Assembly: GCF_001194135.2 (NCBI RefSeq)
Contig: NC_068990.1
Coordinates: forward strand, 11,613,716-11,647,109
DNA: 33,394 nucleotides
Origin: Octopus bimaculoides
Taxonomy: Eukaryota
Direction of reading: 5' to 3'
This document shows positions 33,051-33,394 of this stretch, in pieces; position 1 is the first letter of the stretch, and every line of letters starts with the position of its first letter. The position numbers were made by a program, and so were the translations under genes. The notes beneath the pieces are model-generated. The model worked only from the letters and a program-made list of their open reading frames with translations, ran no database searches and was not told the DNA's origin.

Positions 33051-33299
33051 CAATAAACATAAACAAGCTAATGTGTGAATAACAAAATAGGAATTGTGAA
33101 AGAAGTTTTCCTATGTGTTCGTTCCGTTGTCTGTAGTTTATTGTTCTAACGTCCTGTACCCTAATATGCATGTATATACACATGTAGATGTATGTATGTA
33201 CATATATGTGTGTATACATGTATATATATTCTTTGTATTATTACATTATTGAACGCACACGTCCTTTTTTGCAAGTAAGTCTACTATTATTCTGACGTG

Positions 33300-33380
33300 A
33301 CTATCTTTCTATCAATCTATCTATCTATCTGTCTATCTATCTATCTATCTATCTGTCTTCCTCCATCTTTCTATCTATAC
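33300..33380. repeat. (TCTA)n microsatellite
   Basis: Direct reading. Confidence 0.9.
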
Positions 33381-33394
33381 CTCTGTCCTGGCCT

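Overview
AT-rich, microsatellite-dense animal genomic DNA from a gapped draft assembly (five N-runs). The SINE landscape strongly suggests Octopus or a related coleoid cephalopod; this is inferred from repeat recognition, not from a database search. I find no host protein-coding gene I can support, and no rRNA, true tRNA or CRISPR array. Nearly all listed ORFs are microsatellite, gap or antisense-transposon artefacts. The window is an intronic or intergenic transposon graveyard. It holds more than 20 tRNA-derived SINE copies of about 4 families (my labels A-D) and five decayed Tc1/mariner transposase relics, one with both TIRs and TA TSDs. It also holds two Penelope-like element (PLE) relics with degenerate hammerhead-like motifs, a clean 309-bp solo LTR with a 5-bp TSD inside a SINE head, probable gag remnants, and short tandem arrays. 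The best signals are: SINEs repeatedly inserting into or next to other SINE heads; two distant SINE copies sharing an identical unusual 40-bp end; inverted SINE pairs that could form dsRNA for ADAR; and an unexplained CpG-rich island with a candidate exon. None of this demonstrates a new biological system. Boundaries of decayed elements are approximate.
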